Source of the DNA: Halorutilales archaeon Cl-col2-1
GTDB lineage: Archaea > Halobacteriota > Halobacteria > Halobacteriales > Afararchaeaceae
Reading direction: 5' to 3'
NCBI GenBank assembly: GCA_041891055.1
Contig: CP169074.1
Span: forward strand, 1-64,000
Length of the DNA: 64,000 bases
In this document: one piece after another, positions 27,608 to 36,674 of the stretch
Layout: each line of letters begins with the position of its first letter
Position numbering within the stretch: position 1 is the first letter of the stretch
Made by a program: the position numbers and the translations under genes
Notes under the pieces: generated by a model
The model's database searches: none
Told to the model about the DNA's origin: nothing
What the model saw: the letters and a program-made list of their open reading frames with translations, nothing else

Positions 27608-28601
27608 TATTATCACTTCCGCTTCTTATACGTACGTTGTATTCCTTTACGAGATCCGCGTCGTCTATCTTCTGCTGTTCCTCGAAGCCCGCTTGCTGTG
27701 ACTCGACCCCACCGCCGTTGCCCGAGTATCCGCTTGAGTCGTACTCCTCGGGTGAGGCTCCGCCGCCTGAACCCGAGCCCCCTCCACCCCGCTGCAAAGT
27801 GGCGTCGAGGTTCTGGGATCCCGACGAGACGTCCTCTGCCTCGCCTAAGACGCTGTCACCCGACTGGAGACCCTGGTATCCGGAGCCTCCCTGTCCTCCG
27901 CCGGCTCCCCCGCCTCCGCCGCCGCCGCTCGACTGTGAGGTCGACGAATCGGAACCCAGGATTCCCGACGGCGAGTTGAGCGCGGGCTGGTCGGAGTACG
28001 TCATGTAGAATGCTCCGATAGCCATCCCGAATATGAGGAGTATGCTGACGAATATACGTCTGTTGCTGAGTAGACCCGCGCTCGATGTCGAACGTAGACG
28101 TTCGACGACATCATCGTAGAGCGCAACAGCGACCGGGTTTTCGTCGTCCTCTTTCTTAGCGATGTCCCTCGCCGTCCTGAGAGCCTCCTCAATCTCGGGG
28201 TTGACTGACTCGAACTTCTCAACCTCGGAGTAGACGTAAGCACGGTAGGCGAAGCTCACCACGAAGACGACGACTCCGACGCCGAGTGTCACGAGAGCAC
28301 CCCCCGAGGGCTCTATTGGCGACTCGACAGGTGAGGCTCCGATAGACGCGAAAGCCGAGTTCATGAGAGACAGAACTGACGACGGAATCGGAACCGTGAC
28401 CGAATCGGGTATCTGGCTTATCTCGAAGAGAGCGAGAAGAAGGTTGGTCGCCATCAAGACGAGAGAAGAGTCGACGACCGCATAGATAAACGAAGCCTTG
28501 TAGCCCTCGCGACGTATCTCCTTGAGCGCCTTACGTATCTTCTTACGCTCGTTCTCGACTGAGACCTCGGACGACGACTTCGAAGCGCTTGCTCGTGACA
28601 T
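27600..28601 (-). CDS. Membrane protein of the MoxR cluster with Gly/Ser-rich extracellular linker
   Basis: 3 TM segments, [13 protein letters not shown] motif, poly-G/S region; operonic overlap. Confidence 0.8.
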   Translation of the reverse strand: MSRASASKSSSEVSVENERKKIRKALKEIRREGYKASFIYAVVDSSLVLMATNLLLALFEISQIPDSVTVPIPSSVLSLMNSAFASIGASPVESPIEPSGGALVTLGVGVVVFVVSFAYRAYVYSEVEKFESVNPEIEEALRTARDIAKKEDDENPVAVALYDDVVERLRSTSSAGLLSNRRIFVSILLIFGMAIGAFYMTYSDQPALNSPSGILGSDSSTSQSSGGGGGGGAGGGQGGSGYQGLQSGDSVLGEAEDVSSGSQNLDATLQRGGGGSGSGGGASPEEYDSSGYSGNGGGVESQQAGFEEQQKIDDADLVKEYNVRIRSGSDNNG

Positions 28602-28604
28602 CGT

Positions 28605-29198
28605 CTATCCTCCCTGCTGTGACTGGCACTGAGCTAGCTCCTGTTCTAGCTGATCGACCTCGGATTCAAGCCTCGACACATCGCTTTCGAGATCGCTGTT
28701 CTCGTCCTCCAGTGTGTCTATCTCGTCGTTGGCATCCGAAAGTTCCCTCGTAAGCTCGTTGTTCTCGGTCTGAAGCTCGTTCCTCTCCTGTCTGACTGTC
28801 TCAAGCTCCGACTCAAGCCTACTCACTCGGCTCCTCGCCTGTGAGAGCTGAGCCTCCGTCTCTTCGAGCGTGTCCCTCGTCTGGCTCAGACTAGACTGGG
28901 TCTCCTGTAGCTCGCTCTCTGTCTCTTTGAGGTCACCTGTGACCTGTGACAGATCCTGTTCCCTCGTCTCGACCGTCTCGCCGAGGTCACGCAGACGCTG
29001 TGTCCGGTTCTGTAACGTTTGCTCGGTGTTCCGAAGCTCTGTCCTGAGGTTCTGGTTATCCTCACGCAGATCCTCGACGTTCGAGTTGAGGTCGTTGACC
29101 GACTCCTGATAAAATACCGTGGCTCCCGCAGTGCCGGTTATGGTGAGTCCGACGAGGAGCGTGAGAACGAGGTTGATCTTTCCGCCTATCAGACCCAT
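28605..29198 (-). CDS. Membrane-anchored long coiled-coil protein
   Basis: N-terminal TM helix then about 160 aa of heptad repeats. Confidence 0.82.
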   Translation of the reverse strand: MGLIGGKINLVLTLLVGLTITGTAGATVFYQESVNDLNSNVEDLREDNQNLRTELRNTEQTLQNRTQRLRDLGETVETREQDLSQVTGDLKETESELQETQSSLSQTRDTLEETEAQLSQARSRVSRLESELETVRQERNELQTENNELTRELSDANDEIDTLEDENSDLESDVSRLESEVDQLEQELAQCQSQQGG

Positions 29199-29275
29199 GT
29201 TTGTATTCAGTTAGTAAGGTGGTGTCCTATTTAACGTCTTGGTTGGGGATTACGTCTCGGGTTTTTACAGACTTT

Positions 29276-31732
29276 TCATCTCCTGAGTCTGCTCGGGACG
29301 ATGTCGGGGAGTCTGTATCCGTATATCTCGTATATTCTCCGTGCCATGATCTCGACGAGGTACAGAGCGAGTGCCACGCCTAAGACCATCCACGTCACGT
29401 CCTCACGTACTTCTCTGACCTTCGTCGACCGGCTCTTGACGAAGTCGGCTATTGCGCCCGCCTGGTTCGGTTCGAAGAGACGTCCTCCCGACGACCTGAC
29501 CGCTGACCTCAGACCGGATGAAAGACCGAAGTCGTCGTACTCGTGGGGATAGTTGACGGCGTACTCGTCGTCCATCACCGAGTCGAAGCCCGTACTTTCG
29601 GGTACTACTGTCGCCGAGTAGGTACTCTGCCCGTCTGACTCGCCGGTCTTCGAGAAGGAGAGGTCAGACGAAGACGGCGGTGAGCTTCCCGTGTATGTGA
29701 CCTGTGTCGGAATTCCCACTCTCGTGTCGGCGACGTCGACCCCTTCGGTCTTCCTCTGTGGATCTCCTATCGCCCAGTTGACCGACTTCGAGATGAGTAA
29801 CGAGTCGGGGTTCGAAAGCATTCCGTTGAGCCCGCCGTCGTTTCCGTACGCAGTAAACGAGACTACGCGTCCGAGACCGTATCTCCACGATGCGACCGCA
29901 GGTCTTCCTGATCCCGACGCCACGAGGAACTCAGCGCCGTCTTTCACAGTTACCTTGTGAGCATTCGGGGGATTGGCTGTCGTCTCGACCCCTCGTGTTA
30001 TGAAATGCCCCGAGTTGACCACGCTCAGACCCTGACCCTGAGGCTTCTTGTCCTCGCCTCCGAAGAAGACTCGTAGACTACTCGTCTCGTCGGCGTGGAA
30101 GAAGGTTCCGCCTCCTCTCTCGGCGATTCCTCTCATCACTTCGTCGTTGGTGTTGCCCCCGACTCCCACTGTAATCACACGTGTACCGTCGCGGTTCATC
30201 TGCCTCGCGTGTGAGAACGCCGCGGCTTCGTCGTTACTGACTCCGTCGCTTATCATTATTACGTTGCCGCTTCCTCCGCCTAAGATGTCGGACGAGCCTT
30301 TGAGTCCGGCTGAGAGGCTCGTTGACCCGCCGTTTTCGAGTCTACGTATAGTGTTCCTTATCTCGCCTCTTGAGTCGCTTAAAGAACGTAGGTCGGAGAC
30401 CCTGTACGCGCCTTGGTTGAATGCGACGACACCTACACGGTTTCCGTCCCCAAGATTTTCGACGACGTCGAGGGCAAGTGCCTTCTGGACGCTCATACTC
30501 TCGGTAGTACTCCCTGAGACGTCTATTGCGAGGACTATCCTCGACGACTGGCTCGACTCTCCCATACGGACGGGTACCATGTTTCCTATCGTCGACTGGC
30601 TGTATCCTCCGTTGTCGTACGAGTTGGGTCCTCCGACGACGACAACGCCGTTTCCGTCTATTGCGTAGGTCTGAAGATCGTTGGCGTTTCCTATGTCGCC
30701 CGCCGCGACGTTCTGTATAACCACGGCGTAGTAGTCGTCGAGCTCCGACCGGCTCGGGACGGACTGAGCTGTCTCGACGTCGTAGAGGTCTCCGAGGAGT
30801 CCTTCAAGACGGTAGCTCCCGCGCGAGACGTAGAGTATCTTCGGCTTCTCGACTGCCTCGACGGTCTTCCGGAAGACGTTGTTGTTCGAGAACTTGTCGC
30901 CGCCTCCCATGGTCGCAGTGATCCTGTGTGAACCCGTCGAGTCGAAGGTGTGTTTGAAATCGAAGCTCGTCTCCTCGGATACGCTCTCGGAGATCTTCTG
31001 TTCGCCGTCGACGCTAACTGTGAGGCTCGCCGATCCCTCGAATCCGACCCCCTTGACCTCCACGAGGAAGGAGTTCTCGACTCCCACGCTCGTCTTCGCG
31101 GGTCCGTGTACACTCACCGCCCTTTCAGTCTCCGACTCCGCCGAAGATATATTCACGGCGTTGACCGTAGCGTTGACACTCCTTGCTATCGACGTTGACT
31201 GAGAGAGGCTTCTTCCCGAAGTCACACGCCCGTCGGAGACGAGGAGGAGACTCCCGTTCTGCTCTATGTTAGACAGGACTGCGTCGCCTATCCTCGACTC
31301 GTTCCCCGATCCTACCATGACCGTCTCGACGGGAACGCCGTTCGACTCTATCCTCCCAGCGAGATCTGTTGCCATCGAGTCGGCGCCCGTGACATCCATG
31401 CTGTTCGAGCCGTCGACGAGCATCTTGACACGCGGGTCGCCGGGAGTCTCCTTCGTCTGGACGGCGTAGGGCTGTGCGGCACCTAGGACGAGGAGGACAA
31501 CGATCACGAGACGTGACACGAATACCGCCGTACGTCTACGTCGGCTCACACCCTCGACACTACCTCTCCAGAAGAAGACGTAGACGAGGACGAGGGCGAG
31601 TACGGGTATGCCCACGAGTGCTATCGGGCTCCTCAAGCCGTAACCCGCGAACTCGGCTCCCGATGTGAGACGTCGTACGAGACTGCCTAAGCCGTCGAGC
31701 CCTATATCCGGAACCGTCTGTAATGGGAACAT
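29276..31732 (-). CDS. Membrane vWA-domain protein with Ig-like and glutamine-amidotransferase-like domains
   Basis: DGSNSM and DVSGST MIDAS-like motifs, VSDG/ISDG, GGPNSY, WRYGLGRV, C-terminal TM. Confidence 0.85.
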   Translation of the reverse strand: MFPLQTVPDIGLDGLGSLVRRLTSGAEFAGYGLRSPIALVGIPVLALVLVYVFFWRGSVEGVSRRRRTAVFVSRLVIVVLLVLGAAQPYAVQTKETPGDPRVKMLVDGSNSMDVTGADSMATDLAGRIESNGVPVETVMVGSGNESRIGDAVLSNIEQNGSLLLVSDGRVTSGRSLSQSTSIARSVNATVNAVNISSAESETERAVSVHGPAKTSVGVENSFLVEVKGVGFEGSASLTVSVDGEQKISESVSEETSFDFKHTFDSTGSHRITATMGGGDKFSNNNVFRKTVEAVEKPKILYVSRGSYRLEGLLGDLYDVETAQSVPSRSELDDYYAVVIQNVAAGDIGNANDLQTYAIDGNGVVVVGGPNSYDNGGYSQSTIGNMVPVRMGESSQSSRIVLAIDVSGSTTESMSVQKALALDVVENLGDGNRVGVVAFNQGAYRVSDLRSLSDSRGEIRNTIRRLENGGSTSLSAGLKGSSDILGGGSGNVIMISDGVSNDEAAAFSHARQMNRDGTRVITVGVGGNTNDEVMRGIAERGGGTFFHADETSSLRVFFGGEDKKPQGQGLSVVNSGHFITRGVETTANPPNAHKVTVKDGAEFLVASGSGRPAVASWRYGLGRVVSFTAYGNDGGLNGMLSNPDSLLISKSVNWAIGDPQRKTEGVDVADTRVGIPTQVTYTGSSPPSSSDLSFSKTGESDGQSTYSATVVPESTGFDSVMDDEYAVNYPHEYDDFGLSSGLRSAVRSSGGRLFEPNQAGAIADFVKSRSTKVREVREDVTWMVLGVALALYLVEIMARRIYEIYGYRLPDIVPSRLRR

Positions 31733-33519
31733 CAGATATCACCTCTGTATTTCATGTATCCGACCTCAGAGAGGACGATCAAGAGTGCGGCGAGAGCGAC
31801 GAGAGGTGTCAGGTTTATGGGGACTTCTTCCGATGTCGTTCCGGTCTCCCGTGCCGCGACCGACGACTCCTCTATCGGGGCCGCCTTTACGTCTGACTCC
31901 GTCGAGTCGAGGAGGTTGGCGGCTATGTCGTTCTCTCCGACCGAGTAGAATCCCACCTCGTCGAATACGAGTGTTCCGGTCGTCGTGCTGCCACTCGGTG
32001 TGCTCACCGTCTGTGTGTCGGAGAAGGTGAGGCTGTCGCCAGTCTCGACGTTCATCGATGAAAGACGGTCACGTCCCGAGAGACGGTATACGACACGTTT
32101 CCAGAAGACAGGATAGAGGTAGTTGAACTTGAACTCCGAGGAGTCCTCCATGAAGCCGTAGTAGAGGCTACGTCCCGAGACCGCGATGAGTGGGGAGCCG
32201 TCGGAGGTGTTGACTATCGCTGTCCCCTCGTCGAGACTCGCACTAAGGTACCTGTCGGGGGATGAGAACTCTATACCCTCAACGAGGGGATCGTCGGAGA
32301 CGACACGTGCTGAGCCACCCGACTGTACGCCGTCGACTGAGACGGGGAGTAGATCTCCGTATCCCGCCCTCGACAGACCTTCCTGCGCCTGTATCACGAC
32401 ACCGCCGCCGTTCTCTATTGTGTCACGCCCCTTCTGTACTGTTCCCTGGAGAAGTCTGTCGGGGTTGACGTTCGAGTAGATGACGATGTCGTAGCTTCCG
32501 GGTACCGAAGCCGGCGGGTTCTTCACTGTCAGACTCACCTCCTCCATCACGGAGAGTGCCGTCGAGAGATAGGTGTTCTCGTCGTTAGTGACGAGAAGGA
32601 CGTCTATCTCCGACTTCGAGGGTCCCGAGATGTAGGCGGTGTCGTCGGTGGGAAATGAGTCGCCGGGAGAGAGACTGACCCTCGACCTGCCGGGCGGAAC
32701 GTCTAGCTGAACAGTCTCGGAGGAGCCGGGTCCCAGAGTAACCGACTCCGATGAACCTCCGAGACTCACTGATCTCTGTTGCTCCGACTCTCCGAAGTTG
32801 GTGACTGTGACCGATACGGTGTTCCTGTCGTATGCCATGTCCGTTATACCGACGTTCGAGTCGCCCCCTCGGTTGTACTGGTTGAGTGCGACGGGAACGT
32901 CGCTCGCCCTCGCTTTCTCGACCTCAACCTCCCACTCTGTCGCCCCCGCGAAGTCGCTGTATACTAAGACGCGCGAGTCGTCGCTCGCTACGGATGCGGC
33001 ACGCGAGACTGCGTCGGCAAGGCTCCCCTGTGTGTCGGAGACACTCAACGATTCGAGAGCACTACGTGCCTCCTCCGCCGATCCTTCGGTCAGAACACTT
33101 CCCGACGACCCTCCTGACACGATTACTGAGGTCGTGCTGGTGACCTCCGACTTAGCGTCTGCTACTGCGTTCTCGAACCGTGTTCCGTCTCCCGTCTGGG
33201 TCGCCATGCTCGCCGAGGCGTCGATCACTATCACTGTGTTACCCGTCTCGGCGGTCGCAGTCGTCTCGACGTAAGGCGACGCGAGTGAGAGGCTTATGAG
33301 TATCAGAGCAAGAATCTGGAGAAGCAGCATCAGGTTTCTCCTAAGCCTCTCTATGACGGGGTTTGTCCCGCCCTCGTCGGTCTGTTCCGATAAGAACTCC
33401 ATAGTCGGAATTCTCAGCCTCCTCGGGTCGGGCTTTATGATGTAGAGTATTATCAGAGGTATCAGAGACGCGAGACCCGCTAGCCCGAGCGGGTTGAGGA
33501 AGAAGTCAGAGATTGCCAT
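31732..33519 (-). CDS. BatA N-terminal + vWA domain protein
   Basis: FLNPLGLAGLASLIPLIILYIIKP..IPT BatA motif, IDASASM, YSDF. Confidence 0.88.
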   Translation of the reverse strand: MAISDFFLNPLGLAGLASLIPLIILYIIKPDPRRLRIPTMEFLSEQTDEGGTNPVIERLRRNLMLLLQILALILISLSLASPYVETTATAETGNTVIVIDASASMATQTGDGTRFENAVADAKSEVTSTTSVIVSGGSSGSVLTEGSAEEARSALESLSVSDTQGSLADAVSRAASVASDDSRVLVYSDFAGATEWEVEVEKARASDVPVALNQYNRGGDSNVGITDMAYDRNTVSVTVTNFGESEQQRSVSLGGSSESVTLGPGSSETVQLDVPPGRSRVSLSPGDSFPTDDTAYISGPSKSEIDVLLVTNDENTYLSTALSVMEEVSLTVKNPPASVPGSYDIVIYSNVNPDRLLQGTVQKGRDTIENGGGVVIQAQEGLSRAGYGDLLPVSVDGVQSGGSARVVSDDPLVEGIEFSSPDRYLSASLDEGTAIVNTSDGSPLIAVSGRSLYYGFMEDSSEFKFNYLYPVFWKRVVYRLSGRDRLSSMNVETGDSLTFSDTQTVSTPSGSTTTGTLVFDEVGFYSVGENDIAANLLDSTESDVKAAPIEESSVAARETGTTSEEVPINLTPLVALAALLIVLSEVGYMKYRGDI

Positions 33520-33643
33520 TATAGGCTCGAATAACGTCTTCTCCGACTTAAGCTTTCTATATATTTGACTTCACATTTCCCGACTTGACTTCAGGTTTCT
33601 TCCACCGATGGCTTTAATTGTGACGCAGACAGTCTCATAGACC

Positions 33644-33907
33644 ATGCAGGACGACATCAACCGCCTAATGGGATACGACGTCTACTCGACCAACGGAGTC
33701 TTCGTAGGAAAGGTTGACGACGTACAGATAGACGTCAACGAGAGGTCGATATCGGGACTCGGTATCACCGACGTCAACCAGGATCTCTTCGAGAAGGAGG
33801 ACACGTCTGGCAAGGGCGTAATCCTCCCGTACAGATGGGTGAGTGCGGTCGGAGACATAATACTCGTCAAGGACGTCGTAGAACAGACCGCCGAGACTCC
33901 CGAGTAG
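33644..33907 (+). CDS. PRC-barrel protein (family includes archaeal CdpB division proteins)
   Basis: LMGYDVYSTNGVFVGKVDDV..GVILPYRWVSAVGDIILV. Confidence 0.88.
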   Translation: MQDDINRLMGYDVYSTNGVFVGKVDDVQIDVNERSISGLGITDVNQDLFEKEDTSGKGVILPYRWVSAVGDIILVKDVVEQTAETPE

Positions 33908-33919
33908 GATTAGACCAGG

Positions 33920-35350
33920 TCAGTCGCGCTCTTCCTCGACGCCTATCGAGTCGAATATACGTGACTCGACCGCCTCTGCTGTGAGTTCGAGAAGAGTCTC
34001 GCGGTCTTCGCCAGTCTCCCCTATTCCCTTGAAGAGTCCGAGAGGAACCCGGGCGTTGGCTCTTCGGGTGTGTCCCGCGACCTCCCCTATTCCGCCAAAG
34101 GCGTCTTCGAGAACCCTCGCTATGTTGATACGGATGTCGTTAGACCTCGCGGCTATATGTATGTAGTCGTCGGTTATTCCGAAGACAGCCGTAGTATTCA
34201 CGCCTTCGAGTGAGAGGAGATGGTCGGCGGCGGGTATTAGAGCCTCGTTGTCGTTTATGTATCCCGCGTTAGATATGAGGTAGGAACTCCTGACCTCTCT
34301 GTTGTGTATCGAGTCGGCGAGTACGTCGAAGGTCTCGGGGCTCATAGACGGAGACTCTATCTGTTCGAGAAGCTCGTGGTCGGCGAGTGCATAGAGGTAC
34401 GCAGCTGCTGTCAGGTCGGCGGGGGCAGTGTTCCGGAAGTCGTCTGTCGCCGTCCTTATACCGTAGAGTAGAGCCGTCGGAACCTCGTTAGGAACGTCCG
34501 CCTCGGTCTCCTGTATGTACTTCGTCATTATAGTCGATGTACTCCCTAGGTTGGGACGGATGTCCTCGAACTCGGCGTCGACCTCGTACTCCGAGGCTCT
34601 GTTGTCTATGAATATGTCTACCTCCGTACCCTCTTCCTCTACGTTCTCGACGTGGTCATAGACAGCTACTGTTCCGTAGTCGTCGAGGTCGACGCCGCTC
34701 ATTCTAGTGAGATCTATCTCGAGGAGGTTAACGAAAGCCTGGTTCTCTCTGTGTCCGAGGTCTCCCTTGTAGAGTATCTCCGCCTCGACGTCGAAGCTCT
34801 CAGCGATGCTTTCGAGAGCGACGGCGCTCGCTATCGAGTCGGGGTCGGGACTGTCGTATACGAGTATCGCCATCTTTCCGTCGGTCGACTTTATGACATC
34901 GACGAGGTTTGAGACGCGGTACTCCATCTCTCCCGTCTCGACCGCCCGGAGAGCGCTCTGTGCTATAACTGTGGGGGGATTTATGACCGAGTCGGCACCC
35001 TTCTCTATGAGAGTCTCCTGTGAGACGGGGTCGGACGCCCTCACGACGATGTACTGTTCCCTACCCGTCTCACGGAGATTTTCGAGAGCCTCGGCATTGG
35101 CGTCTATGTCGTCCGTAAGTATGAGAACGACGTGTCTGTCGGAGACCTCCTCCGTCGCCTCGGGGTCACGTATGTCCATCTGTATCGCGTTGAGATCCTG
35201 ATCCCTCAGCGACTCGACACGGCTCTCGTCCTTGTCGATTATAGTGATCTCTTTCCCCCTGTTGAGTAGATCCTGAGCCACCTCGTATCCCACACTTCCG
35301 CAGCCGAGTATACCGTACCCGGAGGCGGTGTCGGGGACTCTTTCGACCAT
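33920..35350 (-). CDS. TrkA-N (RCK) + DHH/DHHA1 phosphoesterase-like protein
   Basis: ILGCGSVG NAD-binding motif, PDPDSIASA, GSTST, ALLYGIRT, ARS. Confidence 0.88.
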   Translation of the reverse strand: MVERVPDTASGYGILGCGSVGYEVAQDLLNRGKEITIIDKDESRVESLRDQDLNAIQMDIRDPEATEEVSDRHVVLILTDDIDANAEALENLRETGREQYIVVRASDPVSQETLIEKGADSVINPPTVIAQSALRAVETGEMEYRVSNLVDVIKSTDGKMAILVYDSPDPDSIASAVALESIAESFDVEAEILYKGDLGHRENQAFVNLLEIDLTRMSGVDLDDYGTVAVYDHVENVEEEGTEVDIFIDNRASEYEVDAEFEDIRPNLGSTSTIMTKYIQETEADVPNEVPTALLYGIRTATDDFRNTAPADLTAAAYLYALADHELLEQIESPSMSPETFDVLADSIHNREVRSSYLISNAGYINDNEALIPAADHLLSLEGVNTTAVFGITDDYIHIAARSNDIRINIARVLEDAFGGIGEVAGHTRRANARVPLGLFKGIGETGEDRETLLELTAEAVESRIFDSIGVEEERD

Positions 35351-35554
35351 GCCTCAGACAAGACGCGGAGACACTTACATCTTCAGTTTGGACACCGGCG
35401 TGAGAGTTATACGTCCTCAGTCTCCAAACTCTTCCATGGCATCTGTTAGCATCAGTATACCCGACGAGATACACGACGAAGTTCTCGAGTACGCCGAGAA
35501 ACATACCGAGTCGGTCGATCAGGCTTACGTGAAGTACCTCGGGGACAAGCCCCG

Positions 35555-35652
35555 TCACAAGATCTCCGATCTTGTTGGCACGTCAAACAAAGTTTGACGA
35601 ACGTCACGAGAACTTCGTTCTCGCGGGCTCGCAAATCTTCGATTTGCGAACG
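35555..35652. mobile_element. Two tandem 49-bp double-hairpin mini-elements
   Basis: CG|TC-ACAAGATC tcc GATCTTGT-tggca-CGTCAAAC aaa GTTTGACG-AA-CG|TC-a-CGAGAAC ttc GTTCTCG-cgggct-CGCAAATC ttc GATTTGCG-AA-CG. Confidence 0.85.
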
Positions 35653-35967
35653 AGGCTTCGCCGTTTTGGGTCTGCACCGCACCCGCAGGCGAATTTAATT
35701 CCTCCCGACCTTGTGCATCAGCACTTGGCTGGAATTAACACCCGAACACCTCGATAGTGTCCGTGGGAGTCGGTCGCTCCACCACGACCCGATAGTGCCC
35801 GTCTCACCGCCGTAGCGGGTTTTTGAGAGGCACCACATTTCCATAGTTTACTCAGTCAGCGTTGGATTAAGGTCTTTAACCCGTCTTTGGAGTTTTTCTG
35901 ACTGTTACTCTACTATGCGAACCGTGGTTAGTTAAAAGTTCGTGTCGGCTTCACCCTCGGGGTCAAG

Positions 35968-36018
35968 TCAAGGAAAATCTTTGATTTTCCGTATCCCAAA
36001 AAGCTCTGCTTTTTGAAG
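35968..36018. mobile_element. 51-bp double-hairpin mini-element in the loop of the IS left-end hairpin
   Basis: TC-aa-GGAAAATC ttt GATTTTCC-gtatcc-CAAAAAGC tct GCTTTTTG with AAG duplicated; removal restores perfect CCTCGGGGTC aa GACCCCGAGG. Confidence 0.85.
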
Positions 36019-36157
36019 ACCCCGAGGCACTCGCCTTGCTTTCTGTAGAACTCGTTGAGTTCGCACTCAACAACGTCGAACATGACCCCGACGAGGACAC
36101 CTACATAATGTGACTCTAACGGGACTGTTTTTAGTGCCCAAGCCGTACTCCGAGTAA

Positions 36158-36613
36158 ATGGCGATCACCGACAGGATCTATCTCAAGGACGCGAACGCCA
36201 TATCGAGTCAGATCGACAGGAGGATGCCACGTAACATCTTCAGCGGCGCGGCTCTCGACATTCTTTACTCGACTGAGGCTCTCGAAAGCCTCGACCCCGG
36301 GACACGTGATCAGCTTCTCGAGTTCGTCGAGGACTTCCTCGACTGCGGCTGTAAGGACGCGCCCTACTGTGGACATCCCGAGGAGAAGTTCATGGAGTAC
36401 CTCCTCGAACTCCGTTCGGCGGGTCTCTCTCCCGACGAGATAGTTGAGACGATGGAAGCGGAGTACGGTCTCTACGCCTACACGGGTGACATACTCGACT
36501 TCCTCGACTCCGCCGTCAGAAACCTCGAAGCCTTCGAGAAGATAGCCGGCGCGGCTGGTAAGGACGGAGTGAAAAGTAGGTCCGAGAGACTGAGACGCGA
36601 CCTGGTCGAGTAG
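36158..36613 (+). CDS. DUF5814-like archaeal protein
   Basis: MAITDRIYLK, DFLDCGCKDAPYCGHPE, YGLYAYTGDIL. Confidence 0.8.
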   Translation: MAITDRIYLKDANAISSQIDRRMPRNIFSGAALDILYSTEALESLDPGTRDQLLEFVEDFLDCGCKDAPYCGHPEEKFMEYLLELRSAGLSPDEIVETMEAEYGLYAYTGDILDFLDSAVRNLEAFEKIAGAAGKDGVKSRSERLRRDLVE

Positions 36614-36674
36614 AAGTAGAACCAGAACCCGAACCGGAAGTGGATTTATACGGTTTGAGAACCTAATTCTTGGT

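Larger units (their letters stand above)
35529..36044 (-). mobile_element. Non-autonomous IS200/IS605-family element (PATE-like), no transposase
   Basis: Subterminal hairpins CCTCGGGG..CCCCGAGG at both ends once mini-inserts are removed; right end TCAC; inserted 3' of CTAC on the minus strand; no TSD; boundaries supported by ORF restoration. Confidence 0.88.
35436..36113 (+). pseudogene. 53-aa RHH/CopG-like gene interrupted by an IS200/IS605-type element (segments 35436-35528 and 36045-36113)
   Basis: Removing 35529-36044 gives the continuous ORF MASVSISIPDEIHDEVLEYAEKHTESVDQAY|VELVEFALNNVEHDPDEDTYIM*. Confidence 0.8.

Noticed and set aside
35328-35757. ORFs 35328-35597, 35452-35682 and 35572-35757
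   Set aside because: Chimeras of the interrupted RHH gene and IS/mini-element sequence
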